Source: Actinomycetota bacterium
Lineage (GTDB): Bacteria; Actinomycetota; Actinomycetes; S36-B12; UBA10799
Direction: 5' to 3'
Length of the DNA: 64,000 bases
Assembly (NCBI GenBank): GCA_020637055.1
Contig: JACJWR010000004.1
Coordinates: 182,437 to 246,436, forward strand
The notes beneath the pieces were generated by a model. That model made no database searches and was not told the DNA's origin. It saw nothing but the letters and a program-made list of their open reading frames with translations. The translations under genes and the position numbers were made by a program. Positions 1 through 9,542 of the stretch are shown here, in pieces. Position 1 is the first letter of the stretch; every line of letters begins with the position of its first letter.

Positions 1-504
1 GCAGTCGCCGCCTCCGCCGTCGGTTTCGCCGCCTACCGGCGCCAGCGGATGGCGCAGGCGATCGGGGAGGGGGCGGACTCCATGGCCACCACCTTCTCCG
101 ACGTCGCAGCCAAGGCCGCCACCTCGGTGGGCGAAGCTGCCGACGTCGCCGCCGCCTCCGTCACCAAGGTCGCCGACAAGGCCAGCGACGCCGCCGCCAC
201 CGCTGGCAGCCGGGCCCAGGAAGTGGCCAACAAGGCAGCTACGGCCGTGGACAAGGGTGCTCAAGGCGCGGCCGACAGCACCGCGAAGGTGGCGTCGAAG
301 ACCGAGCAGGCTGCGGCCAAGGTGTCCAAGGCATCTCAGAAGGCCGCAGAGAATGCGTCGGCCTCGGCCACCGAAGCGGCCGGCAAGGTGGGCGAATCCG
401 TCAACGAGATCGCCTCCGAACTCGATGAGGCCGAGGCCGAGGCCGCCGAAGCTGGCGAGAGCGCCGTCGACGAATCGGGCAAGGGCGCGGCCGGCGCCGC
501 CTGA
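1..504 (+). CDS. C-terminal part of an Ala/Lys/Glu-rich repeat protein (5' end outside window)
   Basis: The frame is open from base 1 (AVAASAVGFAAYRRQR..., which looks like the end of a TM helix) to TGA at 502-504. The sequence is low-complexity A/K/E/S repeats (KAATSVGEAADVAAASVTKVADKASDAAATAG...) of LEA/apolipoprotein-like character. No enzyme motif is present. Confidence 0.45.
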   Translation, partial: AVAASAVGFAAYRRQRMAQAIGEGADSMATTFSDVAAKAATSVGEAADVAAASVTKVADKASDAAATAGSRAQEVANKAATAVDKGAQGAADSTAKVASKTEQAAAKVSKASQKAAENASASATEAAGKVGESVNEIASELDEAEAEAAEAGESAVDESGKGAAGAA

Positions 505-574
505 GGGACTCCTCCGTGGCGGTTCCGGCGGGCGCCGGTAGGCTGCATCCAACACGACCACGGAGGTATTTCGC

Positions 575-2356
575 ATGTCGCTGCTCTTCAACCCCGCCGA
601 CTACCGCCCGAACCAATCGGACGATGCCACGGCAGCGGACCTGACCGCGCTGATCGAGTTCTTCGAGTCGAAGGGCTTGGCGCAGATGAAGGAAGAGCAC
701 CACGCGAACGCCTGGTACGACGACTTCCTCACCGCGTTGGCGAGCAACGGCACGTTCGCCCGATTCGGCACACCCGCAGAGGTGGGTGCGCTGCTCGGCG
801 CCTCCGACGCGCGCTGGGATACCACCCGGATCAACGAATTGAACGAGATCCTGGCGTTCTACTCCCTGTCGTACTGGTACGCCTGGCAGGTGACGGTACT
901 GGGCCTCGGCCCGGTCTGGACCTCATCGAACGAGGCCGCGAAGGAACTCGTCGGAGAACTCCTCGCCGATGGTGCGGTGTTCGGTTTTGGGCTGTCCGAG
1001 AAGACGCACGGCGCCGACATCTACAGCACCGACATGGTGTTGACCAAGTCCGGCGACGGTTGGCGCGCCACCGGGTCGAAGTACTACATCGGCAACGGGA
1101 ACGTCGCCGGCCGGCTGTCGGTGTTCGGGCGGTTCGCTGACGACGACCCGGACGCCCCGGGGGAGTACGCCTTCTTCCTGGTGGATCCGAGCCACCCGTC
1201 GTACACGCTGGAGAAGAACCTCGTGGCCTCGCAGATGTTCGTCGCCGCGTTCTCGCTGACCGACTACCCGGTGGAGGCGAGCGACATCCTGCACACCGGC
1301 AAGCCCGCGTGGGACGCCGCGTTGGCGACGGTCAACGTCGGCAAGGCCAACCTCGGCTGGGCCAGCATCGGCATCTGCGAGCACGCGTTCTACGAAGCCG
1401 TCAACCACGCCAACAACCGCGTCCTCTACGGCACCACGGTGACTGATTTCCCCCACGTGCGGCGGATGTTGGCAGATGCCTACGCCCGCTTGGTGGCGAT
1501 GAAGCTGTTCGCCGCCCGCGCCACCGACTACATGCGCACCGCGTCCGAGGACGACCGCCGCTTCCTGCTGTTCAACCCCCTGACGAAGATGAAGGTCACC
1601 GGGGAAGGGGAACGGGTCATCGACCTGCTCTGGGATGTGATCGCCGCCCGTGGCTTCGAACAGGACACCTACTTCGAGCAGGCGGCCACGCACATCAGGG
1701 CCCTGCCGAAGTTGGAGGGGACCGTCGCGGTGAACGTCGCGCTGGTGCTCAAGTTCTTGCCTCAGTATCTGCTCGCCGCAGCCGGTCAGGGACCGGACCT
1801 GCCCGAGATCGGAGTGGTGCAGTACGCCAACGACGACGAATACCTGTTCGCCCAGGGCCCCGCGTCCGGACTGGGCAAGATCGGATTCCACGACCCAACC
1901 CCCGCGTTCGCCCGCTTCGCCCACCTTCCCAACGTGGCCATCTTCAGCGCGCAGATGAAAGCGTTCGCCAATCTGGTGACGTCGGCGCCGCCGAACGCCG
2001 ATCAGCAGCGCGATCTCGACTACCTACAGTCGCTGGGCCAGTTGTTCACCCAGATCGTCTATGCCCAATTGGTGTGCGAGGCGGCCGCGCTGGCGCTCGA
2101 CGCCGGCGGCACCCGGGAGGGGACGGTCTCCGACTTCAGCGATCTGTCGGAGGCCCACATCGATCGGTTGTTCGCCGTCTTCGTGCAGGACTTGGCCGAG
2201 TACGCTCTGCAGTTGCACGGGCGGTCCTCGGCCACGCCGGAGCAGCGCGAGGCTGCGCTGCCCATGATTGCTGCCCCGGTCATCGACCCGGTGGCAGAGA
2301 AGGACTTCGTCGCCGAAGTGCTGTCCTACGACGGTGCCTACACGATGGCCCCCTAG
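575..2356 (+). CDS. acyl-CoA dehydrogenase family protein (long ~590 aa form)
   Basis: 593-aa ORF with ggagg 8 nt upstream of ATG 575. It has the ACAD-like layout (GFGLSEKTHGADIYST, YYIGNGN, long helical C-terminal part). The substrate cannot be assigned. Confidence 0.75.
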   Translation: MSLLFNPADYRPNQSDDATAADLTALIEFFESKGLAQMKEEHHANAWYDDFLTALASNGTFARFGTPAEVGALLGASDARWDTTRINELNEILAFYSLSYWYAWQVTVLGLGPVWTSSNEAAKELVGELLADGAVFGFGLSEKTHGADIYSTDMVLTKSGDGWRATGSKYYIGNGNVAGRLSVFGRFADDDPDAPGEYAFFLVDPSHPSYTLEKNLVASQMFVAAFSLTDYPVEASDILHTGKPAWDAALATVNVGKANLGWASIGICEHAFYEAVNHANNRVLYGTTVTDFPHVRRMLADAYARLVAMKLFAARATDYMRTASEDDRRFLLFNPLTKMKVTGEGERVIDLLWDVIAARGFEQDTYFEQAATHIRALPKLEGTVAVNVALVLKFLPQYLLAAAGQGPDLPEIGVVQYANDDEYLFAQGPASGLGKIGFHDPTPAFARFAHLPNVAIFSAQMKAFANLVTSAPPNADQQRDLDYLQSLGQLFTQIVYAQLVCEAAALALDAGGTREGTVSDFSDLSEAHIDRLFAVFVQDLAEYALQLHGRSSATPEQREAALPMIAAPVIDPVAEKDFVAEVLSYDGAYTMAP

Positions 2357-2368
2357 CCGGCGACGCGG

Positions 2369-3151
2369 GTGGATCTCGCGCATGTGGTGATCGAGTTGGC
2401 CGCGGGCTTCGCGGCCGGGGTGTTCGCCGGAATCACTGGGGCCGGCGGCGGGATCCTTCTGGTTCCGATCCTCGTGTGGCTCGGCTTGCCGCCACTGGCT
2501 TCCACGGCCACCTCCAACGTGGCGATCTCGCTCACGGCACTGTCGGGCACGGTGACCAACACCCGAAAGTTCGATCTCCCCTGGCGGCGGGTGCTATTGC
2601 TCGCGATCCCGGCGGTGGTGTGCGCCCCGCTGGGCGTGATGTTGGCCGAGCGGCTTCCCACGGTGATGCTGCTCTGGGCCTTCGCGGCCTTCAACCTGAT
2701 CTCGGTCGGGCTCCTGCAGCTGCGTCTGGCGTCCTCGTCGGCGCCCGTCGCCGGTTCGGATGCGGGCGAGGCGCTGCCAGCGGTACCTGCAACGCCCGCG
2801 GTGGCGACCGGTGGGGCGGGGGGACTGCTGGCGGGCCTGTTCGGTGTCGGCGGGGGCCTGATCATGGTCCCGATGCAGACCTTGGCGTTGTCGACTCCGG
2901 TGCGACTCGCCTCCCGCATCAGCTTGGCGGTGGTGCTCTTCGCCAGCATCTCTGCGGTGGTCTCGCACGCGGTGACGCACGGTGACGTGCGCTGGTTGAC
3001 CGGCGTGATCATGGCCGTGGGCGGATTCCTCGGTGCTCCGCTGGGTGCCAGATGGCTGCACCGGCTGTCGGACCTGCAGTCCACCCGGATCATCCAGGTG
3101 ACGCTGGCGATTGTGGCCGTGTCGTTCGGCTGGCGGGCACTGGCCGGATAA
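2369..3151 (+). CDS. TauE/SafE-family anion (sulfite) exporter-like permease
   Basis: 260-aa polytopic membrane protein. It has the duplicated GxGGG motifs (GITGAGGGILLVP and GLFGVGGGLIMVP) typical of the TauE/SafE family. Confidence 0.75.
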   Translation: MDLAHVVIELAAGFAAGVFAGITGAGGGILLVPILVWLGLPPLASTATSNVAISLTALSGTVTNTRKFDLPWRRVLLLAIPAVVCAPLGVMLAERLPTVMLLWAFAAFNLISVGLLQLRLASSSAPVAGSDAGEALPAVPATPAVATGGAGGLLAGLFGVGGGLIMVPMQTLALSTPVRLASRISLAVVLFASISAVVSHAVTHGDVRWLTGVIMAVGGFLGAPLGARWLHRLSDLQSTRIIQVTLAIVAVSFGWRALAG

Positions 3152-3248
3152 GACTGCGCTTCGTGCTCCGAGACTCAGGGGTACCCCGGGGGTGGACTTC
3201 GGGCGTCCCAAGGTGCACAATGGAAATATAGTTACCTAGGCTAAGTAA

Positions 3249-3716
3249 GTGCCTGTCATGGGTGTGCAAGGAGGAACCGTGGACCCAACGACGACCGAGG
3301 AGGACGTGGCCGCGATCGCGGCGGACGTCCATGTCGCGGTGATGAAGCTGGCCCGACGACTGCGGACCGAGTGGACCGAGGAACTCACCGCCACCCAAGT
3401 GGGCACCCTCGGGTCCGTCGTGCGCGAAGGGCCCATGCCGATCTCGGCACTCGCCGCTCGGGAAGGGGTGCGGGCGCCCTCGATGACACGAACCGTGAAG
3501 CTGCTCGAGGCCAAGTCGCTGGTCGCCCGCAGTCAAGACCCCGACGATGCCCGAGTGGTGGTGGTCTCAGCGACCGACGCCGGCCGGGCGGCGGTGGAAC
3601 GGATTCGGCGCGCCCGGCGTGCGTGGCTCGCCGAACAGTTGGCGAGGCGCACGCCGGGTGAACTCGCCGCATTGCGTGCGGCGGCGCCGATTCTGACGGA
3701 GGTGGCGCAGAGTTGA
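3249..3716 (+). CDS. MarR-family transcriptional regulator
   Basis: 155 aa with a winged-HTH region (TATQVGTLGSVVREGPMPISALAAREGVRAPSMTRTVKLLEAKSLVARSQDPDDARVV). The start is uncertain: GTG 3249, ATG 3258 and GTG 3279 are all possible. The stop overlaps the next gene. Confidence 0.85.
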   Translation: MPVMGVQGGTVDPTTTEEDVAAIAADVHVAVMKLARRLRTEWTEELTATQVGTLGSVVREGPMPISALAAREGVRAPSMTRTVKLLEAKSLVARSQDPDDARVVVVSATDAGRAAVERIRRARRAWLAEQLARRTPGELAALRAAAPILTEVAQS

Positions 3717-4999
3717 GCCGCACTTTTGCTTCCTTCAGCCACCGGAACTACCGCTGGTTCATCTCCGGTCAAGCGGTCACCAACATCGGCACCTGGATGC
3801 AGCGCATCGCCCAGGATTGGCTGGTGCTCGAGGTCACCCACGGCAATGCCGTGGCGCTCGGCCTGGTCACAGCCCTGCAGTTCTTGCCCTTCCTGCTGCT
3901 CACCCCGTTCACCGGGGTGGTGGCCGATCGATTCAGCCGGCGCGCGGTGCTGATGGTGACCGGTGCCGCGGGCGGCACGGCGGCGGCCGCCCTCGCAGTG
4001 ACCACCATGGCCGGTGCGACGACGCTGGGGGTCATCCTCGCCGCCGGCGCCGTGCTGGGGGTGGCATCGGCGTTCGATCATCCCGCCCGGCAGGCGCTGC
4101 TGGGGGAGTTGGTGGGTCCGGATGAGCTGCGAAACGCCGTCGCGCTGAACGGTGCCACCTTCAACATGGCCAGGATCGTCGGGCCGGCGCTCGCCGGTCT
4201 CGGGATCGCCGCACTGGGAACCGGGCCGGTGTTCGCGGTGAACGCGGCCTCCTTCGCGGTGGCGGTGTGGACGCTGACCCGGTTGCGTTCGGCGGACTTC
4301 CACCTCGTCGCCCGGTCCGCCGAGCGGGTGACGTTCACCGCCGGGCTGCGGTACTTGCGCTCCCGGTCCGATCTGGTCTTCGTCATCCTCGCTGTCGCGT
4401 TGGCGGCGGTGTTCGCGTTCAACTTCGCCTTGACCACCGCACTGATGGCCACCGCGGAATTCGACCGGGGTGCGGCCGAATACGGCCTGCTCGGCACCAG
4501 CCTGGCCCTCGGCTCGATCACCGGATCGTTGCTGGCGGCCCGGCGCCGGGCGCCGATCGATCTGCGCTACGTATTCGCCGCCGGGGTCGCCTTCGGCCTG
4601 GTCACCGCAACCGCCGGGTTGATGCCCAACTACCTCACCTTCGTACTTTTCCTGCCATTGGCGGGATTGACCGCGTTGACCTTCTCGATCGGTGCCCAGA
4701 GCTACCTGCAGTTGCATACCGACCCGGGCATGCGCGGTCGTGTGATGGGCTTCTACGCGCTGGTCTTCTTCGGCAGCAATCCGGTCGGGGCACCGTTGCT
4801 CGGTTGGATTTCGATGCAGTTCGGCCCACGCTGGGCCCTCATCGGCGGTGGTCTGTTGGCGGCCGCCGCGTTGACCCTGCTCAGTCTGTGGGCGGCGCAC
4901 CGCGGGATCTTCGCGGCCGGTCGGGCAGTTGCCATCCGGGCGGTCGACGAGGACGGCGGCGACGAGCAGCGCGAGCGAAAGCCGGTTCGCGTGGGCTAG
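3713..4999 (+). CDS. MFS transporter (DHA3/EntS-like efflux type)
   Basis: 428 aa with about 12 predicted TM helices. The N-terminus (FSHRNYRWFISGQAVTNIGTWMQ) is typical of this MFS subgroup. The TTG start overlaps the MarR stop (gTTGAg), indicating an operon with marR. Confidence 0.85.
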   Translation: MSRTFASFSHRNYRWFISGQAVTNIGTWMQRIAQDWLVLEVTHGNAVALGLVTALQFLPFLLLTPFTGVVADRFSRRAVLMVTGAAGGTAAAALAVTTMAGATTLGVILAAGAVLGVASAFDHPARQALLGELVGPDELRNAVALNGATFNMARIVGPALAGLGIAALGTGPVFAVNAASFAVAVWTLTRLRSADFHLVARSAERVTFTAGLRYLRSRSDLVFVILAVALAAVFAFNFALTTALMATAEFDRGAAEYGLLGTSLALGSITGSLLAARRRAPIDLRYVFAAGVAFGLVTATAGLMPNYLTFVLFLPLAGLTALTFSIGAQSYLQLHTDPGMRGRVMGFYALVFFGSNPVGAPLLGWISMQFGPRWALIGGGLLAAAALTLLSLWAAHRGIFAAGRAVAIRAVDEDGGDEQRERKPVRVG

Positions 5000-5028
5000 G
5001 TTGGCGCCAACCCGACAAGGAGGTCGCG

Positions 5029-5493
5029 ATGGGCAAGGCGAAGAAGTCGAAGGCTGACGAGGCCGCGCCGGCCGATGGCGCGGAGATCCCCACGACCGTG
5101 CTGTGGCGCGATGAGCCGGCGAAACACGACTACCCGGCGGCTGGCAACTACCTGAGCCTGTTGGCCGATCCCGACACGGTTGCCTACCTGGTGGATCAAC
5201 TGCAGCACGCTCCGATCGAACACTTCCGCGCCAACGATCTGCTGCGGGCGGCCGGGCTGGAGTTGCTGCCGCTGGGGGACTACAGCGTGAAGGTGGACCT
5301 CAAGAAGATGATCCTGGGAACCCCGCTGTCGCCGGTGCTCATCGTGCGTGGCGACGTGCTCAACGGCTTCCCGTTGACCATCGCCGACGGCTACCACCGG
5401 ATTTGCGCCAGCTACCACCTCTCGGAGAAGACCTACATTCCCTGCAAGGTGGTCGATCTGCCGGTCAAGGAAGTCGTCCCGGACAAGTCCTGA
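5029..5493 (+). CDS. small ParB/sulfiredoxin-fold (ParB-like nuclease domain) protein, function unknown
   Basis: ATG 5029 is preceded by aggagg (5-nt spacer), giving 154 aa. The C-terminal half (SPVLIVRGDV...LTIADGYHRICASYHL...IPCKVV) matches the ParB/Srx core pattern (DGxHR). The 408-aa track ORF 4267-5493 is mostly shadow over the MFS gene. Confidence 0.5.
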   Translation: MGKAKKSKADEAAPADGAEIPTTVLWRDEPAKHDYPAAGNYLSLLADPDTVAYLVDQLQHAPIEHFRANDLLRAAGLELLPLGDYSVKVDLKKMILGTPLSPVLIVRGDVLNGFPLTIADGYHRICASYHLSEKTYIPCKVVDLPVKEVVPDKS

Positions 5494-5509
5494 GTCGGGG
5501 GCGTACGGC

Positions 5510-6874
5510 TCACCCGGGTCGGGCGGAGCCGCCGAGTTGCTCGGCGAACCAGTAGCCGGAGTCTTTGATGATCCGCGCCTGGGTGGCGTAGTCGGTGTAG
5601 ACCAGGCCGAACCTCGGAACCAGGCCCAGGGCCCACTCGAAGTTGTCCAACAGCGACCACGCGAAGTAGCCGTCCACCGGCACCCCGCGCTCGCGCGCCG
5701 CGGCGACCTCGGCCAGATGCGAGGAGTAGTAGGCGATGCGCGCGGGGTCGTGCACTCGGCCGTCCACCACGCGGTCGTCGAACGACGCCCCGCCTTCGGT
5801 CACGACCAGCCGTGGGAAGTGGTCGTAGGCATGCATGGCGTCGAGCACCATGCCGAGCCCCTCGGGCATGATCTCCCAGCCGAGCGAAGTAGTGGGTGCG
5901 TCATCGGCGCCGCCACCGCCGAACTGCGGCACGGTCCACAACCCCGGGATGGGCAGGAAGGGTGCTCGTAGCCGCGTGTAGTACTGCACGCCGAGGAAGT
6001 CCAGATCTGCGGTCATCTCGTCGAGGTCGCCGTCGCGGATGTAGGCGCGCACCCCGCGCAGCAGGCCTGCTTCCTCCCACGGATAGCCGCGGCCGATGAT
6101 CGGTTCGACGAACGCCCGGTTGAGCACGGCGTCGGCGCTCCGGGCGGCGAGGTCCGCCAGCGGCCCGGGTCCACCGCCCACCGGTGGCGTGAGGTACTGG
6201 GTGGTGCCGATGTCCGCGCCGCTGGTTGCCGACCGCAACGCATGGGATCCCCACACGGTCGCCAGGTTGACGTGATGCAGCGATGCGAAGTAGGCCGGGA
6301 GCGAACGCTTGCCCGGAGCGAAGTTGCCCACCAGGTGGCCCGAGATCACGATGTTGAGCGGTTCGTTGAACAACATCCAGTGTTCGACCAGGTCCCCAAG
6401 CGCCTCACCGACGATCTGGGCGTAGTCGGTGAACCGGTGGGCGGTCTCCCGATTCGTCCAACCACCGGTGTCCTGCAATCCCTGCGGCAGGTCCCAGTGG
6501 TAGAGCGTGACCCACGGTTCGATCCCGTTGGCCAGGCATTCCTCGATCACCCGCCGGTAGTGGTCGAGGCCGGCGCGGTTCACCCGCGACGACCCGGTCG
6601 GCTGGATCCGTGGCCAGGAGAGCGAGAACCGGTAGGCCGAGAAGCCCAGATCGCGGATCAGTGCGATGTCTTCGGCGTACCGACGATACGAATCGGTGGC
6701 CTCGTCCCCGGTCGTGCCGTCGGCGATGGGTGTCTTTCCCCGCCAGTTGCGTCGGTGGGTGAAGGTGTCCCAGATCGATGGGCCCTTCCCGTCGGCGTCC
6801 GGCGAGCCTTCGATCTGATACGCCGCCGTCGCCACACCCCAGGTGAAGTCGTCACCGAAGTCGGCCAGTCTCAT
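5510..6874 (-). CDS. GH1 family beta-glucosidase/beta-galactosidase
   Basis: 454 aa with GH1 signatures: FTWGVATAAYQIEG, TLYHWDLP, the acid/base LFNEP and the nucleophile region VVTEGG. The ATG overlaps the stop of the upstream MFS gene (ATGA). Confidence 0.9.
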   Translation of the reverse strand: MRLADFGDDFTWGVATAAYQIEGSPDADGKGPSIWDTFTHRRNWRGKTPIADGTTGDEATDSYRRYAEDIALIRDLGFSAYRFSLSWPRIQPTGSSRVNRAGLDHYRRVIEECLANGIEPWVTLYHWDLPQGLQDTGGWTNRETAHRFTDYAQIVGEALGDLVEHWMLFNEPLNIVISGHLVGNFAPGKRSLPAYFASLHHVNLATVWGSHALRSATSGADIGTTQYLTPPVGGGPGPLADLAARSADAVLNRAFVEPIIGRGYPWEEAGLLRGVRAYIRDGDLDEMTADLDFLGVQYYTRLRAPFLPIPGLWTVPQFGGGGADDAPTTSLGWEIMPEGLGMVLDAMHAYDHFPRLVVTEGGASFDDRVVDGRVHDPARIAYYSSHLAEVAAARERGVPVDGYFAWSLLDNFEWALGLVPRFGLVYTDYATQARIIKDSGYWFAEQLGGSARPG

Positions 6875-8184
6875 GGGACTCCTTTCACCTTGACCACGAG
6901 CACCGCGCCAAGCAGGGTCAGCACGGCGGCGGTGAGATAGAGGGTGCTGTAGGCGAATTCGTAGCCGTTGACCTTCAGGATCGCCACGATCGCGCCGGCG
7001 AGGAAGGGCGCCAGCACCTGCGGACCGCTGTTCGCGATGTTGATCACGCCCAAGTCCTGGGCCCGCGCCTCAGCGTTCGGCAGCACGCGGGAGATCAGGG
7101 CGAGGTCCACCGCGGTGTAGGCGCCGAAACCCAAGCCCATGATGAAGGCCGAGACGATGGCCATCGGCACGCTCCTGGCGAAGGAGAGGATCACCATGGC
7201 CAGCGCCGCTACCACCGACGCTCCGATCACGAATGGCTTGACCTTGCCCACCTTGTCGGAGATCGGCCCGATGGCGGGGGTGGAGATCACCAGTCCGACG
7301 ATGTAGAAGACCAGGATGCCCAGCACCGCTCCGGGGGCGTCGTCGTTGCTCTTGCCCAGAACGTCGATGGTGAAGAACAGCAGGTACGACGTCACGAAAG
7401 CGATGCCCAGCATGACGAGGAACCGGGTGAGCCACACCCAAGCGAAGTCGGGATACTGTTTGGGACTGATCCAGAAGCTCTTCGCGAAGGCGCCCCACTG
7501 CATCGTCGGGATCCGTTCCTTCTTCAGTTGCGGGTCGCGCATCTTGAAGAAGAACAACGCGGCGGTGGCCGCGACGATCGCGGCGACCACGAGATAGCGC
7601 ACGAACTGCCCGGAGACGGAGTTGTTGTCACCGGGGACCGCCACCGAGATCACCGCTCCCACGATGACCCCCAGGGGTTGGGCGACTCCGACCATGGCCG
7701 AGACCGTTCCCCGCTGATCGACCGGTACCTGATCCGGAATCATGGCGGTCATCGCGGCGTAAGACGCGTTGAGGGTCAACTGGGCCATGCCCCAGCCGAT
7801 CACCAGGCCGCCGAGGATCGGTGAGAGGCCTACGAAGACGAGCACCCCGACCGCCAAGACCGATGCCCAGAGCACCCAGGGTCGCCGACGCCCGAACCGT
7901 GAGGACGTCCGGTCGCTCAGGGCGCCGGCGATGGGGCTGACGATCATCGAGACCAAACCGCCGATGGACAACACCAGGGCGAGGCTGGCCTCCTTGGTCT
8001 CCGAACCCACGATCGCGTCGACCTGCAGCGGCAGCAGGAACTGGATGGGGGCGAAGAAGGCCGTCCAAATGCCCAGGTTGGTCAGGGAGAGGACGGCGAT
8101 GAAACCCCAACTGACGCGTTGGGTCGGTTCGGCCAGGGGATCGAGCGGTTCGGTGGCGGTCGTCTGTGCCATGTCGGCGCCCAT
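6871..8184 (-). CDS. MFS glycoside-type transporter (GPH/MelB-like)
   Basis: 437-aa polytopic protein translationally coupled to the GH1 gene. The start could be ATG 8184 or ATG 8172. Confidence 0.75.
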   Translation of the reverse strand: MGADMAQTTATEPLDPLAEPTQRVSWGFIAVLSLTNLGIWTAFFAPIQFLLPLQVDAIVGSETKEASLALVLSIGGLVSMIVSPIAGALSDRTSSRFGRRRPWVLWASVLAVGVLVFVGLSPILGGLVIGWGMAQLTLNASYAAMTAMIPDQVPVDQRGTVSAMVGVAQPLGVIVGAVISVAVPGDNNSVSGQFVRYLVVAAIVAATAALFFFKMRDPQLKKERIPTMQWGAFAKSFWISPKQYPDFAWVWLTRFLVMLGIAFVTSYLLFFTIDVLGKSNDDAPGAVLGILVFYIVGLVISTPAIGPISDKVGKVKPFVIGASVVAALAMVILSFARSVPMAIVSAFIMGLGFGAYTAVDLALISRVLPNAEARAQDLGVINIANSGPQVLAPFLAGAIVAILKVNGYEFAYSTLYLTAAVLTLLGAVLVVKVKGVP

Positions 8185-8368
8185 TTCTCGAAGTGCCCGC
8201 GGAACTCCGCGCGGCTGCCGGGATCAGTGGGGTTCAGCGTGGCAAACCAAAGACGCTATTGCAGCATAATCCGCTATTCCGCCGCCGACTTGCCGCCTCG
8301 GCTGCTTGCGGGGGTGTCGAGGTGGTTCACTCGGGTCACCCGGGAGGACTGACGAGGGGATTGAGACC

Positions 8369-9542
8369 GATGCGCGATGTGGTGGAAGTGGCCGAGGCAT
8401 TTCGGGGCTTCTTCGGCGACCAGGACCGTCGGCCGCGACTCTTCTTCGCACCGGGTCGGGTCAACCTGATCGGCGATCACATCGACTACTCGGGCGGCCT
8501 GGTGCTCCCCATGGCGATCGATCGCGGGACGCTGCTGGTTGCCCGGCAGCGGCGTGATACCACCATCCGGGCACGGTCACTGGATCGACCTGGCGAGGTG
8601 ATCGCCGACCTGGGCGATACCCGATTCGATCCCGCGCACGACTGGTTCTCGTACGTGATCGGCGTCGCGCACACACTCGCCACCGATGGCTACGCCCTCG
8701 ACGCCGGCTTCGACCTGTTGTTCGCCGGCGACATTCCCGATGGCGCAGGGCTGTCGAGTTCCGCTTCGTTGGAACTCGTGACGGCGGTGGCCTTCAACAC
8801 CTTCGCCGGATTCGGGTTGGCGGCGACGGATCTCGCCGAGGTGGGTCAGCGGACGGAGAACGACTACATCGGCGTCTCGTGCGGGATCATGGACCAATTG
8901 GCCGTGGCACGGGGGCGGCGCGGCCACGCGATGCTGATGGACTGCGATGACATGACCGTGAGCTACGTACCCTTCCCCCACGATCGGGTCACGCTCATCA
9001 TCGCCAACAGCAACCATCGCCGGAGTCTGGCGGACTCGGCCTACAACGACCGACGGCAAGCGGTCGAATCCGCGGCCGAACTGCTGGGGACCACCCGACT
9101 CGTGGACCTGCCGTTGACCGAACTGCAAGGCGGGAAGCGCCACCTGAACGAACAGGAGTTCCGCCGGGCCCGTCACACCATCACCGAACAGGCGAGGGTG
9201 ATCGAAGCTGCCGGAGCCCTGCGCAGCGGTGACTTGGAGCGTCTCGGGACACTCATGCGTGAGTCGCACGAATCGCTGCGTGACGACTTCGACGTCACCG
9301 GCCCCCACCTCGATGCGTTGGCCGCGGCCGCGTGGGCGCAACCCGGGGTGGTCGGGGCGAGGATGACCGGTGCCGGATTCGGGGGCTGCGCGGTGGTGCT
9401 CGCCCGCAGGGGTGCGGAGGCCGAGGTGGTCGAGGGCATCGAACGCGACTACCTCGCCCGCATGGGCACGGCGGCGACTTGCTTCGTGGTGGGCAGCGAC
9501 GACGGCGCGCGGGAACTCGCCGACGAGGAGGCCGAGGCGTGA
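8369..9542 (+). CDS. galK: galactokinase
   Basis: Carries the galactokinase signature GRVNLIGDHIDYSGG and the GHMP motif PDGAGLSSSASL. I placed the start at ATG 8369; the track ORF from 8166 has an implausible N-terminal extension. Confidence 0.9.

Noticed and set aside
3152-3248. AT-rich segment with CCTAGG upstream of marR, considered as a palindromic MarR operator
   Set aside because: Only the 6-bp CCTAGG core is palindromic and the flanks do not pair. A TATAGT -10-like hexamer (3227-3232) is present, but I cannot support an operator call.
4267-5493. 408-aa plus-strand ORF overlapping the MFS gene
   Set aside because: Only the last 154 codons (from ATG 5029, which has an SD) look like protein. 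The upstream part is an out-of-frame shadow of the MFS transporter gene.
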